IMG/VR virus record: IMGVR_UViG_3300014839_000005
Location: 64,501-128,500 of that record
From: a virus
Strand: one strand, 5' to 3'
Length of the DNA stretch: 64,000 bases
In this document: in pieces, positions 8,897 to 18,547 of the stretch
Layout of the letters: each line of letters begins with the position of its first letter
How positions within the stretch are numbered: the first letter of the stretch is position 1
Program-made: the position numbers and the translations under genes
The notes under the pieces: model-generated
What the model was told of the DNA's origin: nothing
Database searches by the model: none
The model's input: only the letters and a program-made list of their open reading frames with translations

Positions 8897-9293
8897 GACC
8901 TGATGGTGTAGTTTTGTGTGTTTGCTGATATGCAGGTCTATTTATATCAAGTTTTGATTGAATTATCATACTATCTTCACCTTTATGCGCTAATCCGGCA
9001 TCATTAACGATCTCTTGAACTGTTTTTTCAAACAGTTCTTCGTATTTTTCAACTGACATTTGTATCATTTCAAGAGAAGCTTTTCTGAACTCACTAATGA
9101 GATTGCGTTTTATCTCGACCAAGGCGTCATATGGAAGGCGATCAGGAGTTTTGCTTTTTTTAATAGCTATTTCGAACATTTTTGCAACATAAATTTTAAA
9201 AATATCTTCCAAAAGCTCTTTTTTGTTGAGTTTTGGATCAGCATTGTTGATAGAATTTTCAAGATCTGTTTGGAAATTGTATTCTGTTGACAT
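8880..9293 (-). CDS. Hypothetical protein
   Basis: 137-aa helical ORF with plausible composition. Confidence 0.6.
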   Translation of the reverse strand: MSTEYNFQTDLENSINNADPKLNKKELLEDIFKIYVAKMFEIAIKKSKTPDRLPYDALVEIKRNLISEFRKASLEMIQMSVEKYEELFEKTVQEIVNDAGLAHKGEDSMIIQSKLDINRPAYQQTHKTTPSGLILPN

Positions 9294-9359
9294 TGAGCCA
9301 CCCCTGGTTAATGTGTATTAATAATATAGCATATAAGATTTTGTCTTTCAACTAATTAT

Positions 9360-9388
9360 TTGATAAAAAACATCATTTTAATTATATT
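9360..9388 (+). promoter_or_regulatory. Sigma70-like (probably late) promoter
   Basis: TTGATA-N17-TATATT; similar TTG...TATATT sites at 15984 and 37461. Confidence 0.5.
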
Positions 9389-9439
9389 CTAAATAGGTCT
9401 TCCTTATTTAATTAAAACATATTATAATTTATATATATT

Positions 9440-9631
9440 ATGATACAAAAATTCCTACCTTACTTTAAGCAAGAAATCATAAAAATCGCAATGAGTCCTA
9501 GCGTTGTAAAGCCATCTCTTAATGCTATATTAAGAAAACCTGGTTTAAAAGGTGTTTCAATTGGTGGAAAAATAAGAAATTCTATAGTAAATCGAATTAG
9601 TAAAGTTGAAGCTCCTGTAGGCGTTGTGTAA
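9440..9631 (+). CDS. Small KxA-motif protein
   Basis: YFKQEIIKIAM motif. Confidence 0.6.
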   Translation: MIQKFLPYFKQEIIKIAMSPSVVKPSLNAILRKPGLKGVSIGGKIRNSIVNRISKVEAPVGVV

Positions 9632-9645
9632 ATAAAAGGAAAAAT

Positions 9646-10335
9646 ATGCATATTAAAATAGCTTCATTACAATCATTCAATACTGAGATGATTAAAATAG
9701 CGCTTCCAGTCCCCGCTCCTGCAGAACATGCAGTAGCTTCAATGATATCTCCTATAGCACATACCCTTGCTGGAAAAAGTAGTTATATGGGAGCACCATC
9801 AATTCAGGGTGGAGTGATGAGGGGGCTTTCAAAATTTCAAAAAGGCGCTGAAAATGTATTTTTTGGCAAAAATCCAGTAATGAGGCCTGGAACGCAAAAA
9901 CCCCTTATGAATCTTAAAACAGGACAACCACTTTTAGAACCAACTATTGAAAGAAAATCTATCGGGAAAACAGGTTGGGCTGCCGACTCTCAAAAAGTAC
10001 TTAATGCTGAGAAAGATACTCCACTAAAACCAGGAGTTAAAAGAATTGAGGCATCAAAACGTGCTGCTACTCCAATTACAGATCCAAATACTGGTCATCC
10101 TATAGCGACCCCACAAAAAGGACAAGTAGTGATGAGTCCCAATTCTGGAAAGCCACAATATCGTCAAGGATGGCGCACTGCCGGTAATGTAGCTAAAGGC
10201 GCGGCAGGTGGAGTGGCGTTAGGCGCAGGAATTCTTGGAGCTGGAACTGTTTGGGGAGGACTCACAATGGATCCTGCGATGAATGCATCATTTTCTGGAG
10301 AGGGCCCCTCTTCTCAAGGGCCTATGTTTGGATAA
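9646..10335 (+). CDS. KxA-motif protein with C-terminal Gly/Ala-rich hydrophobic helix
   Basis: IKIAS and FNTEMIKIAL; GAAGGVALGAGILGAG segment. Confidence 0.7.
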   Translation: MHIKIASLQSFNTEMIKIALPVPAPAEHAVASMISPIAHTLAGKSSYMGAPSIQGGVMRGLSKFQKGAENVFFGKNPVMRPGTQKPLMNLKTGQPLLEPTIERKSIGKTGWAADSQKVLNAEKDTPLKPGVKRIEASKRAATPITDPNTGHPIATPQKGQVVMSPNSGKPQYRQGWRTAGNVAKGAAGGVALGAGILGAGTVWGGLTMDPAMNASFSGEGPSSQGPMFG

Positions 10336-10338
10336 TAA

Positions 10339-11328
10339 ATGTCTGATTTAGCAGATAAAATTAAAGAAGCTGCACATTTGGTATCCGAAGATTACCTGCT
10401 TAATCATATTAGTATGAATGATTCTATTTTTTTAAGATCAAGTAATGAAGGTTTTAATTCTGAAATAGTAAAAAGAATATGTGAATTAGCAAATCAAAAT
10501 GTTTATCTTTCATTGTTTAATGATCCTTCTATCAATAAAGCTAACATTCAATTTGAATTAGCAGATTATAGTCAAATATCAGATAAACTTCAAAAAAGTG
10601 AGAATGACATGAAAGAATATAAGCTTGTTCCGAAAGGATTCAAAACGCAGTTAGCTTTTGATAGAGCTAAAAAAGAAGCGCTGAGTCAAGTTGACTTTCA
10701 GCAAAAGAAATTAGCATCACTAGATGAGTTGCAATATGGAAAACATAAATTTGAGGCTTTATTAAATAGTCTTGAAACTATCAAAGTCGCCTCTGAAGAT
10801 GATGCTAAAGAGGCCTTTGGAAGATTATTTAATGATTCTAAACTTCTTGTTGCTCAAGGTGACTCAATTGCTGATATGGCTAAGATAGCTATGCGGCATG
10901 TAAAAGATTCTGGTTTTGAAATGATTAAAATCGCAAGAGCTTATGATCTTATTTCAACTGAATTAAAAAATAATGGATATACTGTAAATGAAGAATTAAC
11001 TAAAATGTCATCTCTTGCAATTAATAAAGAGTCTAAACTTTTAGAACCATCAATGGATTATATAGTTGGTATTGAAAAAGTTGCTGCATTACACGAGATG
11101 TGTAAAAATGTTAAAGCAACAATTGACATGTTTGATCAAGCAATTGAAAAAACTGCAGCAATTCCTAAAGTTGTTACAAAATTGCCTCAGCAAATTAAAG
11201 ATTATGGTAAATATATTGTAACTCATAAAAAAGATATTCTTACTAATCAGGGAATTGGACTTGGGCTTGATGTAGCAGCTGGTGGCCTTGCTGGTCATGC
11301 AGCCGCTCAGCATCACAATAAGAAATAG
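10339..11328 (+). CDS. Helical KxA-motif head-associated protein
   Basis: KKLAS, IKVAS, AKIAM, EKVAA, EKTAA; C-terminal Gly/Ala-rich segment. Confidence 0.7.
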   Translation: MSDLADKIKEAAHLVSEDYLLNHISMNDSIFLRSSNEGFNSEIVKRICELANQNVYLSLFNDPSINKANIQFELADYSQISDKLQKSENDMKEYKLVPKGFKTQLAFDRAKKEALSQVDFQQKKLASLDELQYGKHKFEALLNSLETIKVASEDDAKEAFGRLFNDSKLLVAQGDSIADMAKIAMRHVKDSGFEMIKIARAYDLISTELKNNGYTVNEELTKMSSLAINKESKLLEPSMDYIVGIEKVAALHEMCKNVKATIDMFDQAIEKTAAIPKVVTKLPQQIKDYGKYIVTHKKDILTNQGIGLGLDVAAGGLAGHAAAQHHNKK

Positions 11329-11336
11329 CAATTCTA

Positions 11337-12032
11337 ATGAATATCGCTCATATATTAACAAAACCATTATTAGCAATTACTCCTGATAAAGAAATAGGAT
11401 ATGGTCCATGGCATCAATTAGGTCTTGGAGCGTTTTTGGGAGGTGCTCCTGTTGGAGCTGCTGCATTAATGAAAAGGCCTTTAAAATCAGCTATCCCTAC
11501 ATCTATAGCTGGGTTAGCACTTGGGATTAGTGCATTGCCACTGCACAATGCTCTTGTAAAATATAAACAGGAACAAAAATTAAAAGAATTTGAAAATGAA
11601 TTAACGCAGCATTTCTTCCCAGAATCAGATCCTGGAATTCATGTAAAAAATATTTTTCATACAATGTCTAATATTAAAGCTTCTATACCAAAAGGTTTTT
11701 CAAAAGAAGCAAAGTTAATAAATAAAGTTTTAGACAAAGCTACTGAATTTGCTGGAAAAAGTACTTGGAGCGGCGCTAAAGCAATAACAAGATCACTTTT
11801 TCCTTTAGAAAAAAACGCTCCTCTTGGAGAAAAGATATTAGGTGGAGCAGTAAAGGGAACAGCAATTGGTGCGGCAGGATATGGAACATATAAAGGTATA
11901 GATTATCTTAAGAAAAAACAACCATATAATTATACTACCATGTTAAGAAATAATATTTTACATGGAAAAATTCAACCATCTGAATTAAATAGCAATGAAT
12001 TACAAGAAGTAAAAAGATTAGGTATGAAATGA
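11337..12032 (+). CDS. Head-cluster protein with Gly/Ala-rich hydrophobic segments
   Basis: Co-oriented, 8 nt after the previous stop; hydrophobic helices; SKEAK. Confidence 0.7.
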   Translation: MNIAHILTKPLLAITPDKEIGYGPWHQLGLGAFLGGAPVGAAALMKRPLKSAIPTSIAGLALGISALPLHNALVKYKQEQKLKEFENELTQHFFPESDPGIHVKNIFHTMSNIKASIPKGFSKEAKLINKVLDKATEFAGKSTWSGAKAITRSLFPLEKNAPLGEKILGGAVKGTAIGAAGYGTYKGIDYLKKKQPYNYTTMLRNNILHGKIQPSELNSNELQEVKRLGMK

Positions 12033-12283
12033 ATATTCAAGATATTAAATCATTTTCAAATGAATTAAGAAAAATAGCTGGTATTGGTAAAATTATTGGA
12101 GGAGTAATAGGAGGGGGTTTTGCCGGCTTATCTGTATTAGGCGCTCATAATGCCGGTAAACAAAGTGCTATGAAATTGGGAAGAGGAAATGCCCCATTAC
12201 CAATTCAACCTTCTCAAAATATTTTACGAAAAAATCCTTTAGATAAAGGTATAGGAACAAGTGAAAATATTGGCAGTTTTTAG
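12029..12283 (+). CDS. Small KxA-motif protein
   Basis: SFSNELRKIAG followed by a Gly-rich hydrophobic helix; ATGA overlap. Confidence 0.7.
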   Translation: MNIQDIKSFSNELRKIAGIGKIIGGVIGGGFAGLSVLGAHNAGKQSAMKLGRGNAPLPIQPSQNILRKNPLDKGIGTSENIGSF

Positions 12284-12303
12284 ATATATTAAAAGGAGTA
12301 TTT

Positions 12304-12912
12304 ATGTTAATTAAAGAAGCTGTACAAAGTTTATATGATAAGAAACAAATTACAGAGCAGGAGTATAAACTTTTAAATGACAATCTTCCAGAATTAGAAA
12401 AAACAGCCGGTGTGACAATTCATATTCCTGATGCCGAAGCACTACTAGGTGGACTAATAGATGCGGATGGTAGTGCCCCACATCTTATGAAAAGTATTTG
12501 GGAAATTGCTAAACAAATTGCCGCTGGTGGCGCTGTAGCTACTGGTGGAGTTCTTGCTGGAGTAGAATTAGATAAGTATCTTAAATCAAAGCGTGATATT
12601 GAGAATTCTTATAATACTATGAATGAAAAAGTTCCAGCTCTTACTGAATATCCTCAGGATAAAATTAAAGATTATTTTGAAGTTATTAAAACATTTTCTC
12701 CACGATCAGCTTCTAATCCTTTAGTTGCCGGTGCTCTTGTTCACAAAATGCTGGAATTTGGTGGAGTAGATCATAAACTTGTTCAAGATCTTGCCAGGAT
12801 GGAAATGCCACAACAAAGTCTTGTATATGAATATGCAAAATCTGGTCTTGGCGGATTAGCACAACCTCCAAAGTTTGATAAATATGAACATGACCAGTCC
12901 TGGAATGATTAA
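12304..12912 (+). CDS. KxA-motif head-cluster protein
   Basis: AGGAG RBS; IKEAV, EKTAG; Gly/Ala helix. Confidence 0.7.
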   Translation: MLIKEAVQSLYDKKQITEQEYKLLNDNLPELEKTAGVTIHIPDAEALLGGLIDADGSAPHLMKSIWEIAKQIAAGGAVATGGVLAGVELDKYLKSKRDIENSYNTMNEKVPALTEYPQDKIKDYFEVIKTFSPRSASNPLVAGALVHKMLEFGGVDHKLVQDLARMEMPQQSLVYEYAKSGLGGLAQPPKFDKYEHDQSWND

Positions 12913-13243
12913 AACAACTTATAAAGCATTTAAAGAAGAACTTTTCCTTGAGAAAAATGCTGATGCATTTAATCTTATTGGGAAACTAGTGTCAAAGGGA
13001 GCAAAGGCTGCATGGGAACACCCTAAAACAACGCTAGGTATTATTGGTGGAACTGTTGCGGCTGATATGATTGGAAGATCTTTATTTCCAGCTTTAGTTG
13101 TCGCCAATCAAGCCGATCAAACAGTACATCTTGATAGCCAAAATTCTTTATTGAATGATATACTTATGCAGGAACGAATAAGAAATATAAAACCTAGACC
13201 TGTTACTCCAATGTACAGGCCAATACAACGTCCTTTAGTTTAA
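12905..13243 (+). CDS. KxA-motif protein with hydrophobic helix
   Basis: Start reassigned to the ATG overlapping the upstream stop; AFKEELFLEKNA. Confidence 0.65.
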   Translation: MIKTTYKAFKEELFLEKNADAFNLIGKLVSKGAKAAWEHPKTTLGIIGGTVAADMIGRSLFPALVVANQADQTVHLDSQNSLLNDILMQERIRNIKPRPVTPMYRPIQRPLV

Positions 13244-13260
13244 TTAATTAAGGAGCAAAT

Positions 13261-13755
13261 ATGCCATTACCATTATCTCAAATCGGCGGAGCTGTTAAAA
13301 GTTTTGTAAAACCAATTGGTCAAGCTTTTCAGGGATTGGGTGGAGGACAGAAAGCAGCTATTGGTTTAACTGGCGGACTTCTTGCTGGAAAAGCTTTAAG
13401 CGGGGGGCAAAGAAATACTACTATTAACAAATTATCATTTGATGAAATTTCTGAGAATGCATTTAAAGATGAACTTCAGAAAATAGCTAAGAAAACTCAT
13501 CCAGTTTCTAAGAGCCAAGAACGTTGGGCTTTTGCCGCTGAAGAACGCGGGGAACTTCCTAAAGGGAAAGCAGAAAAATGGGCAAAGAGAGCAAAGGGTA
13601 AACATCTGCCCGAAAAAACCGCGTCTGATGAAATTACTGATAAAGCTTTCATTGAAGAGTTAAATAAATTGGCATCTGAAAAAGGGTTGAAAAAGCTTAT
13701 TAAAAAAATTCATAAAACACATCCAGAAGCTTTTGCAGGAATTGGTGCAAAATGA
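13261..13755 (+). CDS. KxA-motif protein with an internal SKSQERWAFA domain
   Basis: AAGGAG RBS; AFKDELQKIA, EKTAS, AFIEELNKLAS. Confidence 0.75.
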   Translation: MPLPLSQIGGAVKSFVKPIGQAFQGLGGGQKAAIGLTGGLLAGKALSGGQRNTTINKLSFDEISENAFKDELQKIAKKTHPVSKSQERWAFAAEERGELPKGKAEKWAKRAKGKHLPEKTASDEITDKAFIEELNKLASEKGLKKLIKKIHKTHPEAFAGIGAK

Positions 13756-14024
13756 TTAACCTTGAAAAAATAGTTCAAGATGCTTTTATAGATGAACTTC
13801 AAAAACTTTCTAATGAAGAATCTCAACTTGAGCGAGGCATTGAGGTTGAAAAAGAACATTTGCCTACAGTGAAAAAAATACAGGCTAGTATTAAAGATGG
13901 TAAAATTACAATGCCTCATAAAAAGATATATGAATCTATTGCTGAAGATCATTTAAATGAGGAAGATAACCCAAAACGAAAACAGTATTATACATTACTT
14001 AAAAAATTTGTAGATCCAAGTTAA
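13752..14024 (+). CDS. Small phage protein resembling the DUF5661 pattern
   Basis: QLERGIEVEKEH...IAEDHLNE...YY; N-terminal AFIDELQKLS. Confidence 0.6.
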   Translation: MINLEKIVQDAFIDELQKLSNEESQLERGIEVEKEHLPTVKKIQASIKDGKITMPHKKIYESIAEDHLNEEDNPKRKQYYTLLKKFVDPS

Positions 14025-14045
14025 TAAATATTTTAGAAAATTAAA

Positions 14046-15917
14046 ATGATTAAATATTTTGAATTTGATTCTATTGATGAGTATGGTCAACATATCATAC
14101 CCATTAATCCCGAATCACCACTTACTAAATTAGCTTCTCCTGGCTATTCTCCAGAGCTTATGAAAGTAATCATAGCTATGAAGAGGGTTCCAGAATATTA
14201 TTATGTTGTAATCAATGCTCTTGGTTCATATGAGGTTTGGGGAAGCAACCGTAATGGAGATGCCTTTCCTGAAAAAGGATTAAGGCATCTTTCGTTACGG
14301 AGTGATATGGGAACGGATCAGGATTATGGATATAAAACTTTTGAATATTATGCAAAATTATTTAAGCATCATGTTAATAAAGATCCTAAAAATTCTTTTG
14401 GCGATATCATTTTTTCCCATTGGAATGATAAGCTTAAAAGAGTTGAACTTATAGTTGGTATTGATAGAGTTAAAGGCGGTGATATTATAGCGGCTCTTGA
14501 AAATGGTGATAATGTCAGTGTATCAATGGGAGCAAAAGTAAAATTTGATAGATGTAATATTTGTGACAATAAATCCTCTACAAGAGAAGCGTATTGTAAA
14601 CATTTAAAGAATTATTTAAGAGCCCTTGTCACTGACGATCTTGCGAGACAATGGTCAAGAGAGACTGGAAAACTCATTCTCCCTGGTACAGTTGTTTTTG
14701 CTATTAATGATTTTCCAAGATTTTTTGATATTAGCAAGGTATGGATTGGGGCGGATAGAACGTCTTATATATTAGGAAAAGCAGCTTCCAGATGTGCAGT
14801 AATATCAGGTATAGATATGGCAGATTCCTTTGGAATTACAGATATAATGATTGATAAATTATCAGCTTTTGGAAAGAAAAGTGAAATAGATAAAGAACTT
14901 GGTGGAGATGCTTTAAGTAATGATAAGTCCAAGGACGGTGAAATTGTCGCTATTCCCAAATCTGATGCATTAAAAAAAGCTATTGACGCTACAATGCAAA
15001 GAACTATAGCTGAAGAACCAAGAATACCAAATTCTATTCTTGATCCCATTGCTTCCACTTTTCCGCTAAACAATATATTCTCTACTTTATTCGGCCTTGG
15101 TATTCATCCTAAGCCAGTAGAAACTCAAAGAATTATTATTATAGCAATTAAACGCCCTGATATAGCAAATTATTTAGATCAAAATAATATGTGTTTTGAT
15201 AGTCAGGAGCCTGTAGAACAATCCGCAGATATTGATATTAATGATAAATTATTTAATGATGTTATTGCAAGAGCATTAATGCCGTATATTGAAAAAAGAA
15301 GTGCCTTTCCTACTTTCTTAGATGCAAGGATGCAAAAAACTCTTGAAAAATATGCTGAGTCAAATGGAATTGAAAGTGTTATTAATAATAATGATTATTG
15401 GTTGCAACAAGGTCCTGGAACTGGGTCTCTTATACAAACATCAAAATTACCTGTTGAATTAGCAGCTCTTGGTGGATTAGCGGCTATTTATGCTGGGTTA
15501 AAATTAAAAGCTGCCGGATATAGCCCTAAAAGAGTTGCAGAAATTTTCATTAATAAACCATGGCTTCGAAATATAATTGGAGGAGGAGTAATGGTTGAAT
15601 TAATGAATCGAATGATTGGTAATGCAGCAAGATTAGATCCATATATTACAAGACCAGCCAATGAATATGAAGATATTTTACAAGATACAAATTTTTCTGG
15701 TCATATACAAAAATACGCTTCAATGGCTAATGCTTTAGGGCTTGGCATTGGTGCTGGTGCAGTAATACTTCCAAGTGCCTATATGATAAATTCGTATAGT
15801 CAAAAATCACTTGTTCCTCCTAAAAGAACTGCCGCTGTTGGGGGAACACTTACTGCATTAGGAACATTAGGATATGATGAAATAAATAAAGCTATTACAA
15901 AAGCTAAAAGATATTAA
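14046..15917 (+). CDS. Prohead (capsid maturation) protease with a long C-terminal extension
   Basis: SNRNGDAF, HHVNKD, VSMG (His/Ser), CxxC...CxH; upstream of scaffold and capsid genes. Confidence 0.75.
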   Translation: MIKYFEFDSIDEYGQHIIPINPESPLTKLASPGYSPELMKVIIAMKRVPEYYYVVINALGSYEVWGSNRNGDAFPEKGLRHLSLRSDMGTDQDYGYKTFEYYAKLFKHHVNKDPKNSFGDIIFSHWNDKLKRVELIVGIDRVKGGDIIAALENGDNVSVSMGAKVKFDRCNICDNKSSTREAYCKHLKNYLRALVTDDLARQWSRETGKLILPGTVVFAINDFPRFFDISKVWIGADRTSYILGKAASRCAVISGIDMADSFGITDIMIDKLSAFGKKSEIDKELGGDALSNDKSKDGEIVAIPKSDALKKAIDATMQRTIAEEPRIPNSILDPIASTFPLNNIFSTLFGLGIHPKPVETQRIIIIAIKRPDIANYLDQNNMCFDSQEPVEQSADIDINDKLFNDVIARALMPYIEKRSAFPTFLDARMQKTLEKYAESNGIESVINNNDYWLQQGPGTGSLIQTSKLPVELAALGGLAAIYAGLKLKAAGYSPKRVAEIFINKPWLRNIIGGGVMVELMNRMIGNAARLDPYITRPANEYEDILQDTNFSGHIQKYASMANALGLGIGAGAVILPSAYMINSYSQKSLVPPKRTAAVGGTLTALGTLGYDEINKAITKAKRY

Positions 15918-16083
15918 ATAATTTATTTTATTCTGTACAAATTATGAGATTAATGATAAAATTTAATAGTAAAAGAAGATAATTTGCTTTTTTTATCTTA
16001 TAGATATTATATTAATTATGTATATATTTGACAGATAGAACGTTAACCAGTCTGTTTCGTTTCACAATATATGGAGGTTTCAA

Positions 16084-16980
16084 ATGCCTAAGTCATCTTT
16101 TGAAGATCACATGAGGATTGTAGAAGGTTCGCACACCAAAACGGCGAGTGCAAAAACAGTTACGCCAAGTCTTCTGGACAAACTTGCAGCTGAGATGGCT
16201 GGTGGTGCGGTTGATTCCACCGCAAAAGCTGCAGTTCCAGATCAGTCAACAGTTGCCGAAGCTGCTCCAGCCGTTGTGGCAGCGACAGAAGCTATTGCTG
16301 TTCCGCAGACAACTATTGCGGGTGGAAATGAAGCTGAGAAGGAAAAAGGGATGATGCCGGCTCCTTCTAAACCTGCTGTTTTTGTTATCGGTGATGGTGA
16401 TAAGAAAGTTACTGATGCTCAGAATTTCAGCAAAGAACCAGCTGCCGTTGCTGAGGCGGCAAAAAATACTGGTGGGTCAGAAAAAACATCTTCTGACAAA
16501 GAGGCTGAAGAGATTGGCCGTACAATGGCTCATTCTTATGTTACTGAAATGCGCAAAATTGCTGTTGATGAACAGTATGATACGGCTGTTGGAATTCTTA
16601 AAGAGGCTGGACTTCTTGATAATTATAAAGTCGATGAATCGCTTGAAAAGAAAGCCTCCGATGAGCCATCCGCCCTTGATAAGATTGCAAACAAGCAGCC
16701 TTTGACAAGGGAAGATATGGTAAAAGCAGCTAATGAATATGTTGAATTATCAAAACAGGCTGAAGAGGCGGATGCTTTTGGCCGTCAGAAAGCCCATGAG
16801 TATTTTGATTCTCTTGTAAAACAAGCTGCTGAGGAAATGGAATCTGAAGAGGAAAAAGACGAGGAAGAGAAAAAGGGAAAGAAAAAAGCTGAAAAAGAAG
16901 AGGGTGAAAAAACAGCCTCTGACGAATCTATTGAAAAAGCAGTTGCAGTTCTTGTAAAAGCTGGAATCGTTCAGGCCTAA
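16084..16980 (+). CDS. Putative scaffold protein
   Basis: Acidic Ala/Glu/Lys-rich helical protein between protease and capsid; many KTAS/KxAA motifs. Confidence 0.65.
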   Translation: MPKSSFEDHMRIVEGSHTKTASAKTVTPSLLDKLAAEMAGGAVDSTAKAAVPDQSTVAEAAPAVVAATEAIAVPQTTIAGGNEAEKEKGMMPAPSKPAVFVIGDGDKKVTDAQNFSKEPAAVAEAAKNTGGSEKTSSDKEAEEIGRTMAHSYVTEMRKIAVDEQYDTAVGILKEAGLLDNYKVDESLEKKASDEPSALDKIANKQPLTREDMVKAANEYVELSKQAEEADAFGRQKAHEYFDSLVKQAAEEMESEEEKDEEEKKGKKKAEKEEGEKTASDESIEKAVAVLVKAGIVQA

Positions 16981-17016
16981 TTTTTTTACCCATTATCAGG
17001 GAAAAGGTTTGGCTAA

Positions 17017-17517
17017 ATGACTCCAACTGTAGAACAGTTGATTAGAGAAGCGGCTGGATTAAATGCTCAAAACATTGAGAAGGCCGCTTCTTCTAAAATT
17101 GATAAAACTGAAGCGAAAAAAATTTCGCAAGGATTGATGAAGGTAGCTTCTTTACCATATAAGGAAGCATCTTACAATTCAATCCAAGAAATAATGAAAA
17201 TTGCGTCGACATCTCTTGATTCTTTACTTAATGAGTTAGAAGAAAGAGATAAAAGAATTAATCAATTAAGTAAAATCGCTGAAGTTAGAGAAGTTATTGA
17301 TTCAATGATTGATAGGAGGTTGATTGAGTATCCTGGCATTCAAGAAAAAACAGCAGAACTTCTCAAAAAAAGCGATCATGAATTAGAAATTATTAAAGAA
17401 GCAATAGCTCTTGGAAGCGTTACTTCAAAAAATATATTCTTCGAAGAGAGCGAAAAAATAGCATCAGAGACTCCTGCAAAACGCGGCATATTCGATGGAG
17501 TCGAAGGTTTAGCTTAA
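17017..17517 (+). CDS. Coiled-coil KxAS-motif head protein
   Basis: EKAAS, MKVAS, MKIAS, SKIAE, EKIAS. Confidence 0.65.
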   Translation: MTPTVEQLIREAAGLNAQNIEKAASSKIDKTEAKKISQGLMKVASLPYKEASYNSIQEIMKIASTSLDSLLNELEERDKRINQLSKIAEVREVIDSMIDRRLIEYPGIQEKTAELLKKSDHELEIIKEAIALGSVTSKNIFFEESEKIASETPAKRGIFDGVEGLA

Positions 17518-17535
17518 TTAAAAAGGAGAATTACT

Positions 17536-17979
17536 ATGTTAGATATTCGAACCCCCTTAAGCAGGGTTGTTAGGGTAACAAGAAAGATTGATATAGGCAA
17601 TTTAGTTGCGGTTCCTGGCGTTTGGGTTGGTATTGATAATGATGGAAAAGCCTATAATGTCGTAACCCCGACAGTTCCTGCCGTTTGCAAACTTGTTATT
17701 GGTTATGCTTCTGCTAATATGTATGAAAGTAATGATGTAAAGGTTGGAAGAATTACGACTCTTGAAAGTATCGGTTGTAGATTTGGTGTTGATTCCGATG
17801 GTTTCAGTGAAGTTGCTGCTGCTGGTAATTATCTTTCTGTTGATGCTTCGTCAACACCAAAAGCTGGAAAGCTTAAAGTTGCTGACTCTGGTGAAACAAT
17901 TGTTGCTGTCGCGGAAGGATATGATGGAGCAACAGGAATTTTGACTTTTACAATCTGTTGCCCAAGTATCATGCCTTAA
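17536..17979 (+). CDS. Capsid decoration/cement-like protein, paralog 1
   Basis: AGGAG RBS; aligns with the next two ORFs (GxWV, YESxDVxVGxITTxETxG); just upstream of the capsid gene. Confidence 0.6.
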   Translation: MLDIRTPLSRVVRVTRKIDIGNLVAVPGVWVGIDNDGKAYNVVTPTVPAVCKLVIGYASANMYESNDVKVGRITTLESIGCRFGVDSDGFSEVAAAGNYLSVDASSTPKAGKLKVADSGETIVAVAEGYDGATGILTFTICCPSIMP

Positions 17980-18020
17980 TATTGAATTATTTAATGTTAA
18001 CATTAAAATAGGAGAGAACC

Positions 18021-18527
18021 ATGTTAGATATCAAAACCCCGCTTAGCAAATGCACTCGCGTTTCCAGGAAAATTTTTGATCTTTCTACGTTTACCGCTCT
18101 TCCTGGAATATGGCTCAAAGTAAATAATGATGGTTCCGTACAGAATGTCGGAACAAGTTCAAATCCTGCAGTAGCGAAACTCTGCATTGGAAGTTGCACT
18201 GACAATATCTATGAGAGTCATGATGTTGAAGTTGGTAGGATTACAACTCTTGAAACTATCGGCGTCAGATATGCTGTTGATGCTGATGGTTATAATGGTG
18301 CCACTTTCTATCCTGGTGAATATCTTGCTGTTGATTCTGCTTCTACTTTTGAGGGGAAGCTTTCAATGGCAGCGAATGGCGAGACAGTTGTTGCAGTTGT
18401 TGAGGGTTGGGATGGAATTAATGGTCTTCTGACCGTTATCACAGTTGATCCATCCATTATGCCGTCGGTAACGCAGACGACTACCACTACAACGACGACA
18501 ACGACAACTACAACGCCGGCTCCATAA
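18021..18527 (+). CDS. Capsid decoration-like protein, paralog 2, with a poly-Thr tail
   Basis: Paralogous core plus C-terminal TQ-T13-PAP. Confidence 0.6.
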   Translation: MLDIKTPLSKCTRVSRKIFDLSTFTALPGIWLKVNNDGSVQNVGTSSNPAVAKLCIGSCTDNIYESHDVEVGRITTLETIGVRYAVDADGYNGATFYPGEYLAVDSASTFEGKLSMAANGETVVAVVEGWDGINGLLTVITVDPSIMPSVTQTTTTTTTTTTTTTPAP

Positions 18528-18547
18528 TAAAAAAGAAGGAGTGATAA

